The notes beneath the pieces are model-generated. The model did not search any database. It was not told where the DNA came from and saw only the letters and a program-made list of their open reading frames with translations. DNA of 51,284 bases from positions 1 to 51,284 of the forward strand of contig JBGCEP010000033.1 in assembly GCA_045106415.1 (NCBI GenBank), given 5' to 3'. The stretch is from Oligoflexales bacterium. Its GTDB lineage: Bacteria; Bdellovibrionota_B; Oligoflexia; Oligoflexales; Bog-1112. Of the stretch, positions 1 to 9,611 are shown piece after piece (within the stretch, counting starts at the first letter, position 1; every line of letters starts with the position of its first letter). The translations under genes and the position numbers were made by a program.

Positions 1-1903
1 TAAATTTACCGTTTCGATAAACGACGGGAATATTTCCGCCAGTTGTATGATCCTCAGCTTGTATCACTTCTATAGTTTTCGAGTAATCAAAGTCATAAGA
101 TATTTCTTCAGTATAGTGATAACGTTCAAAATCAACGGTGAACGTTACTCCGTCTTTTAAATTCGGAAAAAATGTTAATGCACCACTTTGCTGATCAAAT
201 TGAAATTCTGGCCTAGAAAGATCAGAAATTTCAATCTGTAATGAGCTTTCAATCACGTGATTGCCAATTACAAAAGATTTTATAAGATCATCAGGTGATT
301 GATAAAGTATGCGAATTTCACTTCCAACTGCAGGGGCTTCCTCAAATTCAAGTTGAGACTCACTCATATGGACCCCTGTTTTAACCAAGGAACCATTAAC
401 TAAAACTGTTGCTGTAAGGGGTTCTATCAATTGAGGGAATTCAAATACCTTTATTGGCTCCTCTTCGTAGGATTGATATATGACATGAATCTCGGAACCA
501 GCATGAGGGGCCTGATCAAATTCAAGAGTATTTTTTGATATAGAGTATCCTGTTGTTTTTTCTTCACCGTTTACAAAAACGTGTATAGAGTTCTCTATTG
601 GAAGACTAGATAGGCTGTAGACACGGTCAAGGTTAGACTTGATGTCGTTGGAAACAGAGCTTAAAAACTCTGAGTAATTCTCATCACAAATAGATCCCAT
701 ATGTCCACCCGTTATAACAATAGCTTGGCTATATTGGTGTCCTTTATTATATCCGCTTGAGCACAATCTTTTAGGTGTCGAAGGATCCCAAATCAAACCG
801 TAAACTTTTGCATCTCTTTGTGGTGTACGATGTCTTTCTAATTCGCCTAGAAGGTATTCTACTTCCCCATAACTTTTTCCAGCACAACGGTTCCCGTCGC
901 TGCAGTTATCTTCATCGCTGACAAATAAAACTGCTAATTGTGATTGTTTTCGCAGCCAAGAAGAGCTCCGACAAGATGACCTTAGAGCACGTACAGCTGT
1001 TCGAAAACCCTGTTCTTTTCCTGTTCCTTTTATTCCAGCTTGAATAGCTGAGACAAATCTATTCTCAAAATTTGGAGTTTCAGCATCAATAACATCTCGT
1101 ATGCAGGGATCTTTAGGGTCTGTCGTTGTTACAGCAATTTTCCAATCATGTTTCTTTATTTTAGAAAGTAGCGGGGTCATTCTTTTTGCCAGCTCTTTTT
1201 GCTCTTCTTTCATAGACTTAGAGTTATCAACAACAATCAGAATATCAACTTTCCTAGCTTGATTTTGTTCAAAAACATCTTCTCTTGAACCTTGTGAGGT
1301 TTTCTGCTGGAAATGAAATGACTTCCATTCTCGGTTTCTTTGTTGATATAATTTTTTCTCTGAAATTTTTTGGTGTGATAAATTTAAATCGATACTTTCA
1401 ACAAAAGTATGAGGATCTAGATGAACTGTATGTTGTTCTGTTTCTACCAGAGGAAAACGAGCAACAACTTCTTGAATTCCCTTTTCATCTGAAGGCAAAT
1501 CACCATGACCTTCAGGATTATCAGGGAGTTCTCTTTCTTCTGAGTTTGATTCTCCTGATGAAGTTGAATCATTTCTTTCTTGATGATTTTCATCGTTTAA
1601 CCCATCAGAACTAGGATGACGGTCTTCGGAACTTTCATGAGAATTATAGATTTGGTCGTAAGATGATTCGTCATGGCTATTTGTTATATCTTGAGGAGAA
1701 ACAGACGTACTATCACCTTGATTTAAAATAGATTCATGGTTTGTCTTTTTCGAATTTTTAAGCATGTCAGACGATTGGTTATACTCAGAAAGGTCGCTAT
1801 CTCTTCTCGTGCTATTTACTTCCTTAAATGCAGGGTCTGGATCCGCACATGAAGATATAGCTATAACGCTGGCAATAAGACATGCTACCCCAAAAAAATT
1901 CAT
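1..1903 (-). CDS. vWA-domain lipoprotein with acidic linker and C-terminal beta-rich repeats (3' end runs off the window; absent from the ORF track)
   Basis: Manual translation from ATG at 1903 is open to base 1. It starts MNFFGVACLIASVIAISSC (lipobox-like), then a Ser/Asp/Glu-rich linker, then KVDILIVVDNSKSMKEEQ (MIDAS DxSxS), IAVTTTD, LAVLFVSDEDNCS and GSICDENY. Two similar VFVNG..LEF..AP..GSEI units follow. Confidence 0.85.
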   Translation of the reverse strand, partial: MNFFGVACLIASVIAISSCADPDPAFKEVNSTRRDSDLSEYNQSSDMLKNSKKTNHESILNQGDSTSVSPQDITNSHDESSYDQIYNSHESSEDRHPSSDGLNDENHQERNDSTSSGESNSEERELPDNPEGHGDLPSDEKGIQEVVARFPLVETEQHTVHLDPHTFVESIDLNLSHQKISEKKLYQQRNREWKSFHFQQKTSQGSREDVFEQNQARKVDILIVVDNSKSMKEEQKELAKRMTPLLSKIKKHDWKIAVTTTDPKDPCIRDVIDAETPNFENRFVSAIQAGIKGTGKEQGFRTAVRALRSSCRSSSWLRKQSQLAVLFVSDEDNCSDGNRCAGKSYGEVEYLLGELERHRTPQRDAKVYGLIWDPSTPKRLCSSGYNKGHQYSQAIVITGGHMGSICDENYSEFLSSVSNDIKSNLDRVYSLSSLPIENSIHVFVNGEEKTTGYSISKNTLEFDQAPHAGSEIHVIYQSYEEEPIKVFEFPQLIEPLTATVLVNGSLVKTGVHMSESQLEFEEAPAVGSEIRILYQSPDDLIKSFVIGNHVIESSLQIEISDLSRPEFQFDQQSGALTFFPNLKDGVTFTVDFERYHYTEEISYDFDYSKTIEVIQAEDHTTGGNIPVVYRNGKF

Positions 1904-1931
1904 TATCAACCCCCCCATGATCTATGAAGGG

Positions 1932-1958
1932 TTTTCGTCATATTAAATATAAAATTAA
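1932..1958 (-). promoter_or_regulatory. sigma28 (FliA)-like promoter of the vWA lipoprotein
   Basis: TTAA-N15-GACGAAAA versus consensus TAAA-N15-GCCGATAA. Confidence 0.4.
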
Positions 1959-2108
1959 GATGATAAATAGGAAAAGATTCATAATATAATAATATTATTA
2001 TTTTTATTTAAAAGTCTCATGTTTAGACAGGAAAAAAATATCACATAATTTCCGGATAAGGCATCATGATGTCTTGAAAACATCAAATTTTAAATCACTC
2101 CTCAACCC

Positions 2109-2441
2109 TTATGGAATTAAAGCAGAGTGGTTCACCATAAAAATATAAAATGCAGTCCCAAAACCAATGCTTAAAAGCGATTGGCGTTTCCACAAGTGAA
2201 GTCCAGCAACAATAATAACAGCTAGCATCTCTGGTATTCCAAAAGGATATTTAACAAACTCAACATCTTTAAAACAAAAAGCGACTAAGATTAGCATAAT
2301 AGCTGGAGGAAGGTATGATCCTAAATATGTAAAAATTGGATTTGAAACTAGTGCATCTCGAAAAATAAACGGAAAAGCGCGCAAAACAAAATTACATAGC
2401 CCCATACCAATAACGAGGTACAATAAAAATTGATCATCCAT
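2109..2441 (-). CDS. azlD: Branched-chain amino acid exporter small subunit AzlD
   Basis: RAFPF, YLGSYLPPAIMLILV, LHLWKRQSLLSIGFGT motifs; overlaps the azlC stop. Confidence 0.85.
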   Translation of the reverse strand: MDDQFLLYLVIGMGLCNFVLRAFPFIFRDALVSNPIFTYLGSYLPPAIMLILVAFCFKDVEFVKYPFGIPEMLAVIIVAGLHLWKRQSLLSIGFGTAFYIFMVNHSALIP

Positions 2442-3120
2442 TACGTTGCTCCCTTACACCGCGAAGACTCAAAGAAAATGCGCTGAGCCCAATAGCCCCA
2501 ATAAGCATGTGTGATGGAAAAAATAGAAAACCACTCAGTGAGGCTAATGAACCAACAACAAAGGGAAATATTTTCTTAACTGATAAAGCTTGCTCAATCA
2601 TAAGAACAACAAATAGTGCTGTGAGACAAAACTCCATCCCTTTTACATTTTGTGGTGCAGAACTCGCTAATATTGTTCCAGCTAAGGTTCCGCCAAACCA
2701 AATCATATGAAGAGCAAACGAGACAGCAATAATATATGGAACAGCCTTGCGATGTTTTGATGTTGTTAAAATCCCAAAAGCCTCATCAGAAAGGCCGAAA
2801 ATCATATAAAATCGCGAAAAAAATCTCTGTGGGTAAATGTCAAAAAGAGAGAGGCCATAAAAAAGATGACGAGCGTTGACAAGGGCCACAGCGCTAATAA
2901 TGTCCACTAAACCTTGACCTGCAGCCATCATAGACATAGCGACAAATTGAGATGATCCGGCATTTGCTAAAAAACTCATAAGAGGAGCCCAGTACCAACT
3001 ATAACCTTCTGTTTGCATAAGATATCCAAACACAATCCCGGTGGGAAAAAGCCCAAAAAAAACAGGTGATGAGTCTTGGAAAGCTTGTTTTATATATGCA
3101 ATCTTCGTCATGTTTTTCAT
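2434..3120 (-). CDS. azlC: AzlC family branched-chain amino acid permease
   Basis: AGSSQF, VNARHLFYGLS, FGLSDEAF, GMEFCLTALFV motifs. Confidence 0.9.
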   Translation of the reverse strand: MKNMTKIAYIKQAFQDSSPVFFGLFPTGIVFGYLMQTEGYSWYWAPLMSFLANAGSSQFVAMSMMAAGQGLVDIISAVALVNARHLFYGLSLFDIYPQRFFSRFYMIFGLSDEAFGILTTSKHRKAVPYIIAVSFALHMIWFGGTLAGTILASSAPQNVKGMEFCLTALFVVLMIEQALSVKKIFPFVVGSLASLSGFLFFPSHMLIGAIGLSAFSLSLRGVREQRNG

Positions 3121-3121
3121 C

Positions 3122-4486
3122 CTACAAAAGAGCTGCGATCATAACGATCATGACCACAAAGGGTGAAACCGTACGAGTTAACCACAAGAAATAACTACTA
3201 AATGATGTGTCTTCTCCAATAACATCCAGAGAAGCTGGGCGACCAAGAACCCAACCAAAGAACAGCAGAGTCATGACTCCAGCTAAAGGTAAAAAGACAC
3301 GGCCTGTTGCTACATCTAAAAAATCAAATGCCGTCATACCAATCAATGTATACTCAGATAATAAATTAAAAGATAAAGAGCACAGACTTCCAAGAAGAAA
3401 ACAAACTAATGATAGAAAAAGAACAATATAAGGTCTTGGAGTATTAGGGTAACGTTCTGTCAACCAACTTGTTCCAACCTCAAGAAGAGAAATTGAAGAC
3501 GTCAATGCAGTGATAGCAATAAGAGAGAAAAAAATCATGGAAATCCAGTGGCCATACGGGAGATATTGAAAGAGAGCAGGTAAAGTCTCAAACAAAAGAC
3601 TTGGTCCACTCCCAGGCTCACCATGAAATGTAAACACAACTGAAAAAACGATAATACCTGAAATAAGAGCAATGCAGGTATCTAAGCAAATAACAGTTAT
3701 AGCGACAGGTAAAATCTTTTCATCAGGAGCAAGATAACTCCCGTAAGTCACCATAATTCCGACACCAATACTGATTGTAAAAAAAGAGTGACCAAATGCC
3801 TCTAAAATACTTGTAGCCGAAAGTTTGCTAAAGTCAGGAACTAGAAGAAAATGTATCGCATCAGAGAAGCCTGACATCCACACACAGTTCACAAACATAA
3901 AGAGAAGAACACTCATAAAAAGCGGCATCAAAAATTTATTAAAGCGTTCAATACCACCACTCACCCCTCGGGCGACTATCATTCCTGTGATGCTTAAAAA
4001 GGTAAATTGGCACCCTAATTGCCATAAAGGCTGACCCAAAACGTCTGCAAACTTAGTACAAGAGACAGCATGATTACAATTTACAAGCCATATATCGTTA
4101 ACAGAATTCATGAAGTAGTAAAAAATCCATCCACCAACAACACTGTAGTATGAATAGATTAAGATAGAACTGCACACCCCAAGTCCACCAGCAAAACGCC
4201 AAAAAGATTTATCGTGATCAAGGTTTTTAAATGACTGAACAGCACTTGCTTGACCCTTTTGGCCAATGTAAAGTTCAGAAAGAAGAGCCGGAAGGGCAAT
4301 AAGCACTAGCGCAAGAAGGTACACCAGAACAAAAGCTCCACCACCATTAACACCTGTGATATAGGGAAACTTCCATACGTTTCCTAAACCTACAGCTGAT
4401 CCTGACGCAGCTAAGATAAGACCGAGGCGATTGCTCCAAGCTCCTCTATGAGGACTTAATATTTTTGGTTCTTTTGAAAAAGTCAC
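3122..4486 (-). CDS. Sodium-dependent amino acid transporter, NSS/SNF (LeuT-like) family
   Basis: GSAVGLGNVWKFPY, GGGAFVLVY, YSYYSVVGGW, GIERFNKFLMP; multiple TM segments; apparent operon with azlCD. Confidence 0.93.
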   Translation of the reverse strand: MTFSKEPKILSPHRGAWSNRLGLILAASGSAVGLGNVWKFPYITGVNGGGAFVLVYLLALVLIALPALLSELYIGQKGQASAVQSFKNLDHDKSFWRFAGGLGVCSSILIYSYYSVVGGWIFYYFMNSVNDIWLVNCNHAVSCTKFADVLGQPLWQLGCQFTFLSITGMIVARGVSGGIERFNKFLMPLFMSVLLFMFVNCVWMSGFSDAIHFLLVPDFSKLSATSILEAFGHSFFTISIGVGIMVTYGSYLAPDEKILPVAITVICLDTCIALISGIIVFSVVFTFHGEPGSGPSLLFETLPALFQYLPYGHWISMIFFSLIAITALTSSISLLEVGTSWLTERYPNTPRPYIVLFLSLVCFLLGSLCSLSFNLLSEYTLIGMTAFDFLDVATGRVFLPLAGVMTLLFFGWVLGRPASLDVIGEDTSFSSYFLWLTRTVSPFVVMIVMIAALL

Positions 4487-4547
4487 AAAAATTCCTTTAA
4501 AAGACTAGGAGATGCAAACAGACAATAACCTCTGCTTCTAACGGAGC

Positions 4548-4576
4548 ATTGTCGGTGAAAGAGTATATCTTGTCAA
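4548..4576 (-). promoter_or_regulatory. sigma70-type promoter of the NSS-azlC-azlD operon
   Basis: TTGACA-N17-GACAAT on the minus strand, about 60 nt upstream of the start. Confidence 0.6.
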
Positions 4577-4683
4577 GAACAACGAGAACTTTAGTGATCA
4601 TAATTTTATTGAGAAGTTCAAACTGTTAATACCTAAAACTATCATCTCCCGAAACACACTCTATCTACCTAAATTAACAAGAC

Positions 4684-4710
4684 TAAACTTCTTATTTAAA
4701 GATCCGATAA
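4684..4710 (+). promoter_or_regulatory. sigma28 (FliA)-type promoter
   Basis: TAAA-N15-TCCGATAA, one mismatch to consensus. Confidence 0.7.
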
Positions 4711-4762
4711 GACATTCAGGTTATAAGTTTTTACATAAACACTACACTTTAGGGAGTCTCAT

Positions 4763-4933
4763 TTGAAAGTTCAGGTCAAGATCGCAGGGTACACACCCTT
4801 TACCTGGCTTTGTCTAGGTTTGATGAGTTATAGTGCTTGGTCATTTAAAAATCAGGTCCTCGATTCAAATCTCGTTCAAAAAGCAGGACAAAGGGCCACA
4901 GCAATGCATCTAGCGGACCATACTGACTATTAG
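4763..4933 (+). CDS. Small 56-aa protein with one hydrophobic segment (below the ORF track cutoff)
   Basis: AGGGAG RBS, TTG start, MKVQVKIAGYTPFTWLCLGLMSYSAWSFKNQ...DHTDY*; directly downstream of the sigma28-type promoter. Confidence 0.5.
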   Translation: MKVQVKIAGYTPFTWLCLGLMSYSAWSFKNQVLDSNLVQKAGQRATAMHLADHTDY

Positions 4934-4944
4934 AGGAAAGTCGG

Positions 4945-5661
4945 TTATAAATTCGTAACTATTGCTGAGCACAGTCCAATAAGGCCGCCGAAAACACCAC
5001 CCCAGACGACAAGCCAGCCTAGGTGCTCTCGGATCATGTCTTGAATAATGTTCTTCACCCTTGGGGGGGTGAGTTCATTTAATCGATCATTAATCAATTT
5101 TTCAACAATTGTCCGCAATTTTTCAGACTGGTCTTCGCCTTCGCCAATGAGAGCATTTTTAAACTTATCAGATTTTAAAAGGGAAGATAGTGTCAGCTTC
5201 ATGTGTGAAACTAAATCCTCACGCAGTGGTTCTAAAACTGTTTTACCACCGAACATTTGAAGCATTCCACCCAGGCTAGATTCTTCAACCTTGACAAGAA
5301 GTTGGTCAAAAATATCATGGTATGGAATGAGATCTAACACTCGGTGCTGAATATCATCAATATTCCTATGAAGCGTGCTTTCTACGAATTTTTCCATACG
5401 TGACACTTCAAAAAATTCTTGCATAATAAGGTAATGGAGCTGCTTTTTGATCGATTCAAAACGCACTTGCACAACGCCTGAACCATATAAGCCTGGTACT
5501 TTTTCAAAAAGCATATGGATTGCAACCCAGTTTGTCACAGACCCAGAAAATGCAAAAAGACCAATATGCATCCATACTGATTGAGAGGGCTCAGAACAAA
5601 ATAGTGATAGAAGCATAAAAGAAACTGCAATCAAATTCGTTATCAAACTTTTTTTACACAT
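4945..5661 (-). CDS. DUF445-family membrane protein
   Basis: GLFAFSGSVTNWVAIHMLFEKVPGLYGSGV and MIREHLGWLVVWGGVFGGLIG. Confidence 0.8.
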   Translation of the reverse strand: MCKKSLITNLIAVSFMLLSLFCSEPSQSVWMHIGLFAFSGSVTNWVAIHMLFEKVPGLYGSGVVQVRFESIKKQLHYLIMQEFFEVSRMEKFVESTLHRNIDDIQHRVLDLIPYHDIFDQLLVKVEESSLGGMLQMFGGKTVLEPLREDLVSHMKLTLSSLLKSDKFKNALIGEGEDQSEKLRTIVEKLINDRLNELTPPRVKNIIQDMIREHLGWLVVWGGVFGGLIGLCSAIVTNL

Positions 5662-5743
5662 GTGCTATGCCTCATCCTGAAAAACAGAACGAACAAACTA
5701 ACTTAAGATTTTGAAAATATCAATAAGGTGATGCAGATAAATA

Positions 5744-7363
5744 CTAATGTTTTTTGGAAGTTCCACAAACAGATTTAAATGCTTCGATAGACCATGACCT
5801 CAGAAACCCTTCATCTTTCATGATCCTATCCTCTATCTTCAAGCTCCATAGCCCATTTTTAATGCCTTTCACAAATTCAACGTCATACTCAACTTCACCA
5901 TTCACAGCATGACGAGAAGAGTTGTTCATATCATGCAAAGTACCTTCAATAATATGTTCCACTCCTGCAGGATCCGTGAGAGTAATTTCAAGGTCATCAA
6001 ACGCAGTGTGATTTAAGTCCATGATAATTTTTACTTTTTCAATCCCATATGCAATTTCTCGACTATCTATCTCAGTTTCTAAAGAGAGGTGGTCTAAAAT
6101 ATCGCCATTTGTAGTTATTTTATGCTTGAAAGCTGAAACTTCTTCACCAATTTTAAGAGGAACAAAACTCATTTCAGAAAAATCTCCATATTCAACCATA
6201 ATAGGAATAGACAGTTCTATGCCACAGGGTGCTCGAGGAGAAATAACTCCTATATATGGCTCATCTGTAATAACACTTTCGTTTGGACGTAAAATTTGTG
6301 AAGACACTGTAGATTTTTTGTCAAAATAGATCCATGGGCTATGAAAATTATAAATCACAGCTCGAGAGGACCTGAAGGTATGATTGCTTGTATTTAAAAG
6401 ATTTCCATATAATCGAATTTCATCGCCTGGGTATAGCATTTGTTGAGATTCGTTCTTATGCGTTAGAAAATTTGTCTGTTCTACTTTTACTTTTGGTTGA
6501 AACCAACATCTTGGCCAACGAAGAGTTTTATTCTCGGATACACAAGACACAGATGAGGCTGTTGCTTCAACTTCTTTGCTATTTCTATTCTTACCTTCTT
6601 GAGATCCTGGAATTTTATCAAGTTGAATATTTTTATCACATAAAAGTCCTTGAACAAATGTCGTATACCGGCATTGTCCTGCTGGGTGCTGAGTTAAAGT
6701 TTTTGGGGCATGTGAAGAGTCTTGTTGATCAGGATGAAAATCTCGGGATGGTGACATTACTTTCATCAAATTTTCAACAGCTGTTAAGCCACGTGCACAT
6801 AAGGTGTTTTTCTCATTTGAGGTAGAGTTCTTAGTACAAAAATCTTGGATTTCTGCCGATGTATCATACCATAGTGTTTGGTTCTTTTTATGATCATCTT
6901 CCCATACTTTCTTCACGCAACTTTGAGTTGCAAAATAATCCGAGCGGCCCTCAACTGACATCCATGTTTTATCATCTTTATATGGATAACCAGCAAAGTG
7001 ATGACCAAGAACATGGCACATAACAACTGTCAAACTGTCCACTGTCAGTAAGGAATGATTTAATAATCCCCCATAGATTGACACTCCCCACTCTCTATTT
7101 GTTCTCCATGGAGCTGCATTTACATCATTGTCATCCCAATACAATCGTACTTTAAGGTTTTTTTCTTGACTCACGTAAGGCTGAAATATCGTCAATATTT
7201 TCTCAATCACTAAATTCAAAGCATCTTCTCTTTTTTGTCTTTGTGAGCTCGTATGGGAAAAAGATTGTGATTGAGGTTTATTTTTAAAAAAACCTGCATA
7301 GACATCTATTGATATAAATAACGCAATTATCATGACTGGTAATGAAAATAGCACTCTTTTCAT
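5744..7363 (-). CDS. Secreted zincin-like protein (degenerate HExxH) with C-terminal proprotein-convertase P domain
   Basis: Signal peptide; VNA...VVMCHVLGHH...EGRSDYFAT; C-terminal LNHTAFDDLEITLTDPAG...NGLWSLKIED...GFLRSWSI. Confidence 0.75.
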   Translation of the reverse strand: MKRVLFSLPVMIIALFISIDVYAGFFKNKPQSQSFSHTSSQRQKREDALNLVIEKILTIFQPYVSQEKNLKVRLYWDDNDVNAAPWRTNREWGVSIYGGLLNHSLLTVDSLTVVMCHVLGHHFAGYPYKDDKTWMSVEGRSDYFATQSCVKKVWEDDHKKNQTLWYDTSAEIQDFCTKNSTSNEKNTLCARGLTAVENLMKVMSPSRDFHPDQQDSSHAPKTLTQHPAGQCRYTTFVQGLLCDKNIQLDKIPGSQEGKNRNSKEVEATASSVSCVSENKTLRWPRCWFQPKVKVEQTNFLTHKNESQQMLYPGDEIRLYGNLLNTSNHTFRSSRAVIYNFHSPWIYFDKKSTVSSQILRPNESVITDEPYIGVISPRAPCGIELSIPIMVEYGDFSEMSFVPLKIGEEVSAFKHKITTNGDILDHLSLETEIDSREIAYGIEKVKIIMDLNHTAFDDLEITLTDPAGVEHIIEGTLHDMNNSSRHAVNGEVEYDVEFVKGIKNGLWSLKIEDRIMKDEGFLRSWSIEAFKSVCGTSKKH

Positions 7364-7541
7364 ACGAACCCCCTCTTATCCTAAGAATAGGTATCGACAT
7401 TTTTTTTAAAAAAAGAACAAAATAACGGGTATTAATTATGATATCAGCATGTTGAAATCTCTTATTTGGAGGTTTATTCAAAAAGAACGAATAAAAAATT
7501 TCTAAATATCAAATTATTTAAATCATCGAGCAACAAGTGTT

Positions 7542-7615
7542 TGAACGTGACCCCATTTGGCCTAGACACCTCCAATAACTAGGAGAGGCCAAAATGGACC
7601 AAGATCAGGAATGAA
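7542..7615 (+). mobile_element. Isolated left end of an IS3-family element (remnant)
   Basis: 5'-TGAACGTGACCCCATTTGGCCTAGACACC resembles IS3-family IRL (TG...CCCC...GACAC). It is followed by AGGAG and an ATG inside a TTTGGCCT/AGGCCAAA hairpin; the ORF stops after 6 codons. Confidence 0.5.
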
Positions 7616-7731
7616 TTTTATTGCTCTCAGAATAGAAAAAAGTTCTCTTCTTCAAAAAAGATATAAATTTATGATAGGTTATGTGAAAGTAGATATAAGA
7701 AAAACGAAACCTTCACTTAGAAAGGTTAAAA

Positions 7732-8370
7732 ATGAGAATGCTATCACTCTTAATGCTCTTGAGTTTCCCTTGTTATGCACAATCTTTGTTTTGTGAGGAC
7801 CCTTACTGGCCTTCTCCTAAAAAAAATCCAATTTACCTGGAAAAAACAAAAAATTTCAAAGGTATATTAGTGTCGAAATGCACTGTAAGCGATGAGCTCA
7901 AAAGTGAAAATCAAGTTATGGATTTATTAAGATATCTTTATACATCTGAGTCTGAAATAACCACTGTTCTTAGTGGTCCTGAGGAAACAAACTATAAAGA
8001 GAAAGGCCAGACTTATCCTGCTCTTTTTTATAAAATTAAGCAGCTAACAGAAACTAAACATGGGAAATTAGATATTCTTTATCATGCATGGTTGATACCT
8101 GGAGCTTCACCACAATTTATTGCTCGCTCTATAAAGTTAGATGGTTCAGGACATGCAAAATACACGTCATCCATTCATGTTAGAACAGTTTTTAGTAAAA
8201 ATAATGACGATATATGGGAATTCTCATATAAAAGGATATTACAAGTTCGAAAACCGTTTATTGCTCCACGGAGTATTTTCATGGAGCGAGTACAGGAGTC
8301 TTTTTATAACAGTTTTATTGAAGATAGAAACCTGATGGTCGAAAATATTGAAGAATATTTGAGCCTTTAA
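7732..8370 (+). CDS. Hypothetical secreted protein
   Basis: 212-aa ORF, AAGG RBS, signal peptide MRMLSLLMLLSFPCYA. Confidence 0.75.
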   Translation: MRMLSLLMLLSFPCYAQSLFCEDPYWPSPKKNPIYLEKTKNFKGILVSKCTVSDELKSENQVMDLLRYLYTSESEITTVLSGPEETNYKEKGQTYPALFYKIKQLTETKHGKLDILYHAWLIPGASPQFIARSIKLDGSGHAKYTSSIHVRTVFSKNNDDIWEFSYKRILQVRKPFIAPRSIFMERVQESFYNSFIEDRNLMVENIEEYLSL

Positions 8371-8391
8371 AATTTAATCATGGGATGAATC

Positions 8392-9597
8392 ATGAAATTA
8401 TCAATATTTTTCAGTTTGATGATCATATCTACGTGGGGTTCATTATCCAGACTTTACGCAGAGTCGTATAATCTGGATCAAATCATAAAAATTGCTCAGG
8501 AAAAAAATTTAGATTCCAAAGAAAAATCAGAAGAAGTTCTGCAAGCAAGATATCAAGTACAAAATCAAATAGGACAAATTCTCCCAAGTCTTCATTTAGG
8601 ACAGATTGTATCCATACTTCAAGTAGAAATGATTGATTTAATTTCATCTTTTTTAGGATTTTTATATCCTTCAAACTGGTTCCAATGGAAAGAGAAAAAA
8701 TATTTATATCAAGCAGAACGTTATAGCTATAAATCAATGATAGCCAATCAGATTAGTCATGTGATTGGTTTGAGTTATCAAGTTGATACTTTGCGTGAAG
8801 CTTTAGATATTTATTATAAGTATAGAGATAACATTAGCCATTTTGTCGAAATGAACCGTGAAAGATTCGATATTGGTGAGATCCCTTTAAGTGATCTTAA
8901 ACCATTAGAGATTTTTGAAATAAGAATACATCAAGATATTGATCATTTAGAATATACGTATAATATCTCAAAACAGCTTTTATATTCTGTGTTGAATTTA
9001 GATATTCCCTATGAAAAATTTAATCTTGAACCGTTACCCCTTGAACAGGGGTCTGAAGATGATACAGATAATATTCTCTCTTTAGAGAGAATTCAATCTT
9101 CAATAAAGAGATCCCCTGAAATGAGATCTCTTTATTATATGATCAAAGGTGCAAAAGCTCGCTCAACATCTTCATATTTTGATTTTTTGAGTTTAAAAGG
9201 TAATCAAAGCAATGCATTCGGTTATGGTTACCTCTCTCATATTAATATCGCACGATCGTCTCAAAAGGTCTTAAAGATACGAAAAAAAAGATCCGCTCTT
9301 CAGCTGGAGAAAGCTTTAAGACAAGCTGACTCAGACTATAAGTTGAGAAAACATTTAATAAAGGATAATAAAAAAAGCTACGAATTAGCTCTCGAGTGGG
9401 AGAGCGTTCTTAAAGATCTCTTAAAAGGTGGACAATCTTATGTCCCAGAGGAATTTTTAAGTGCACTAAAAACACAGGTTGAGCTTTCAAGTAACATGAT
9501 GAGAAACAAATATTTAATGACGCAAAGTATCTGGCAACTTAAAAGACTTGAAATGAGGGGTGAATTTTCTCAATATGCTTATATAAGAAAAAAATAG
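8392..9597 (+). CDS. TolC-like outer membrane efflux protein
   Basis: Signal peptide, YNLDQIIKIAQEKN, ILPSL, RERFDIGEIPLSDL; two-repeat helical layout. Confidence 0.65.
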   Translation: MKLSIFFSLMIISTWGSLSRLYAESYNLDQIIKIAQEKNLDSKEKSEEVLQARYQVQNQIGQILPSLHLGQIVSILQVEMIDLISSFLGFLYPSNWFQWKEKKYLYQAERYSYKSMIANQISHVIGLSYQVDTLREALDIYYKYRDNISHFVEMNRERFDIGEIPLSDLKPLEIFEIRIHQDIDHLEYTYNISKQLLYSVLNLDIPYEKFNLEPLPLEQGSEDDTDNILSLERIQSSIKRSPEMRSLYYMIKGAKARSTSSYFDFLSLKGNQSNAFGYGYLSHINIARSSQKVLKIRKKRSALQLEKALRQADSDYKLRKHLIKDNKKSYELALEWESVLKDLLKGGQSYVPEEFLSALKTQVELSSNMMRNKYLMTQSIWQLKRLEMRGEFSQYAYIRKK

Positions 9598-9611
9598 TTA
9601 TTTTTCATTTA

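Noticed and set aside
1285..1946. Plus-strand ORFs 1285-1614 and 1764-1946
   Set aside because: Antisense shadows of the vWA lipoprotein
4521..4553. GACAAT...ATTGTC inverted repeat as a riboswitch stem for the NSS operon
   Set aside because: One arm is the predicted -10 box and would not be transcribed; no lysine, glycine, SAM or T-box consensus
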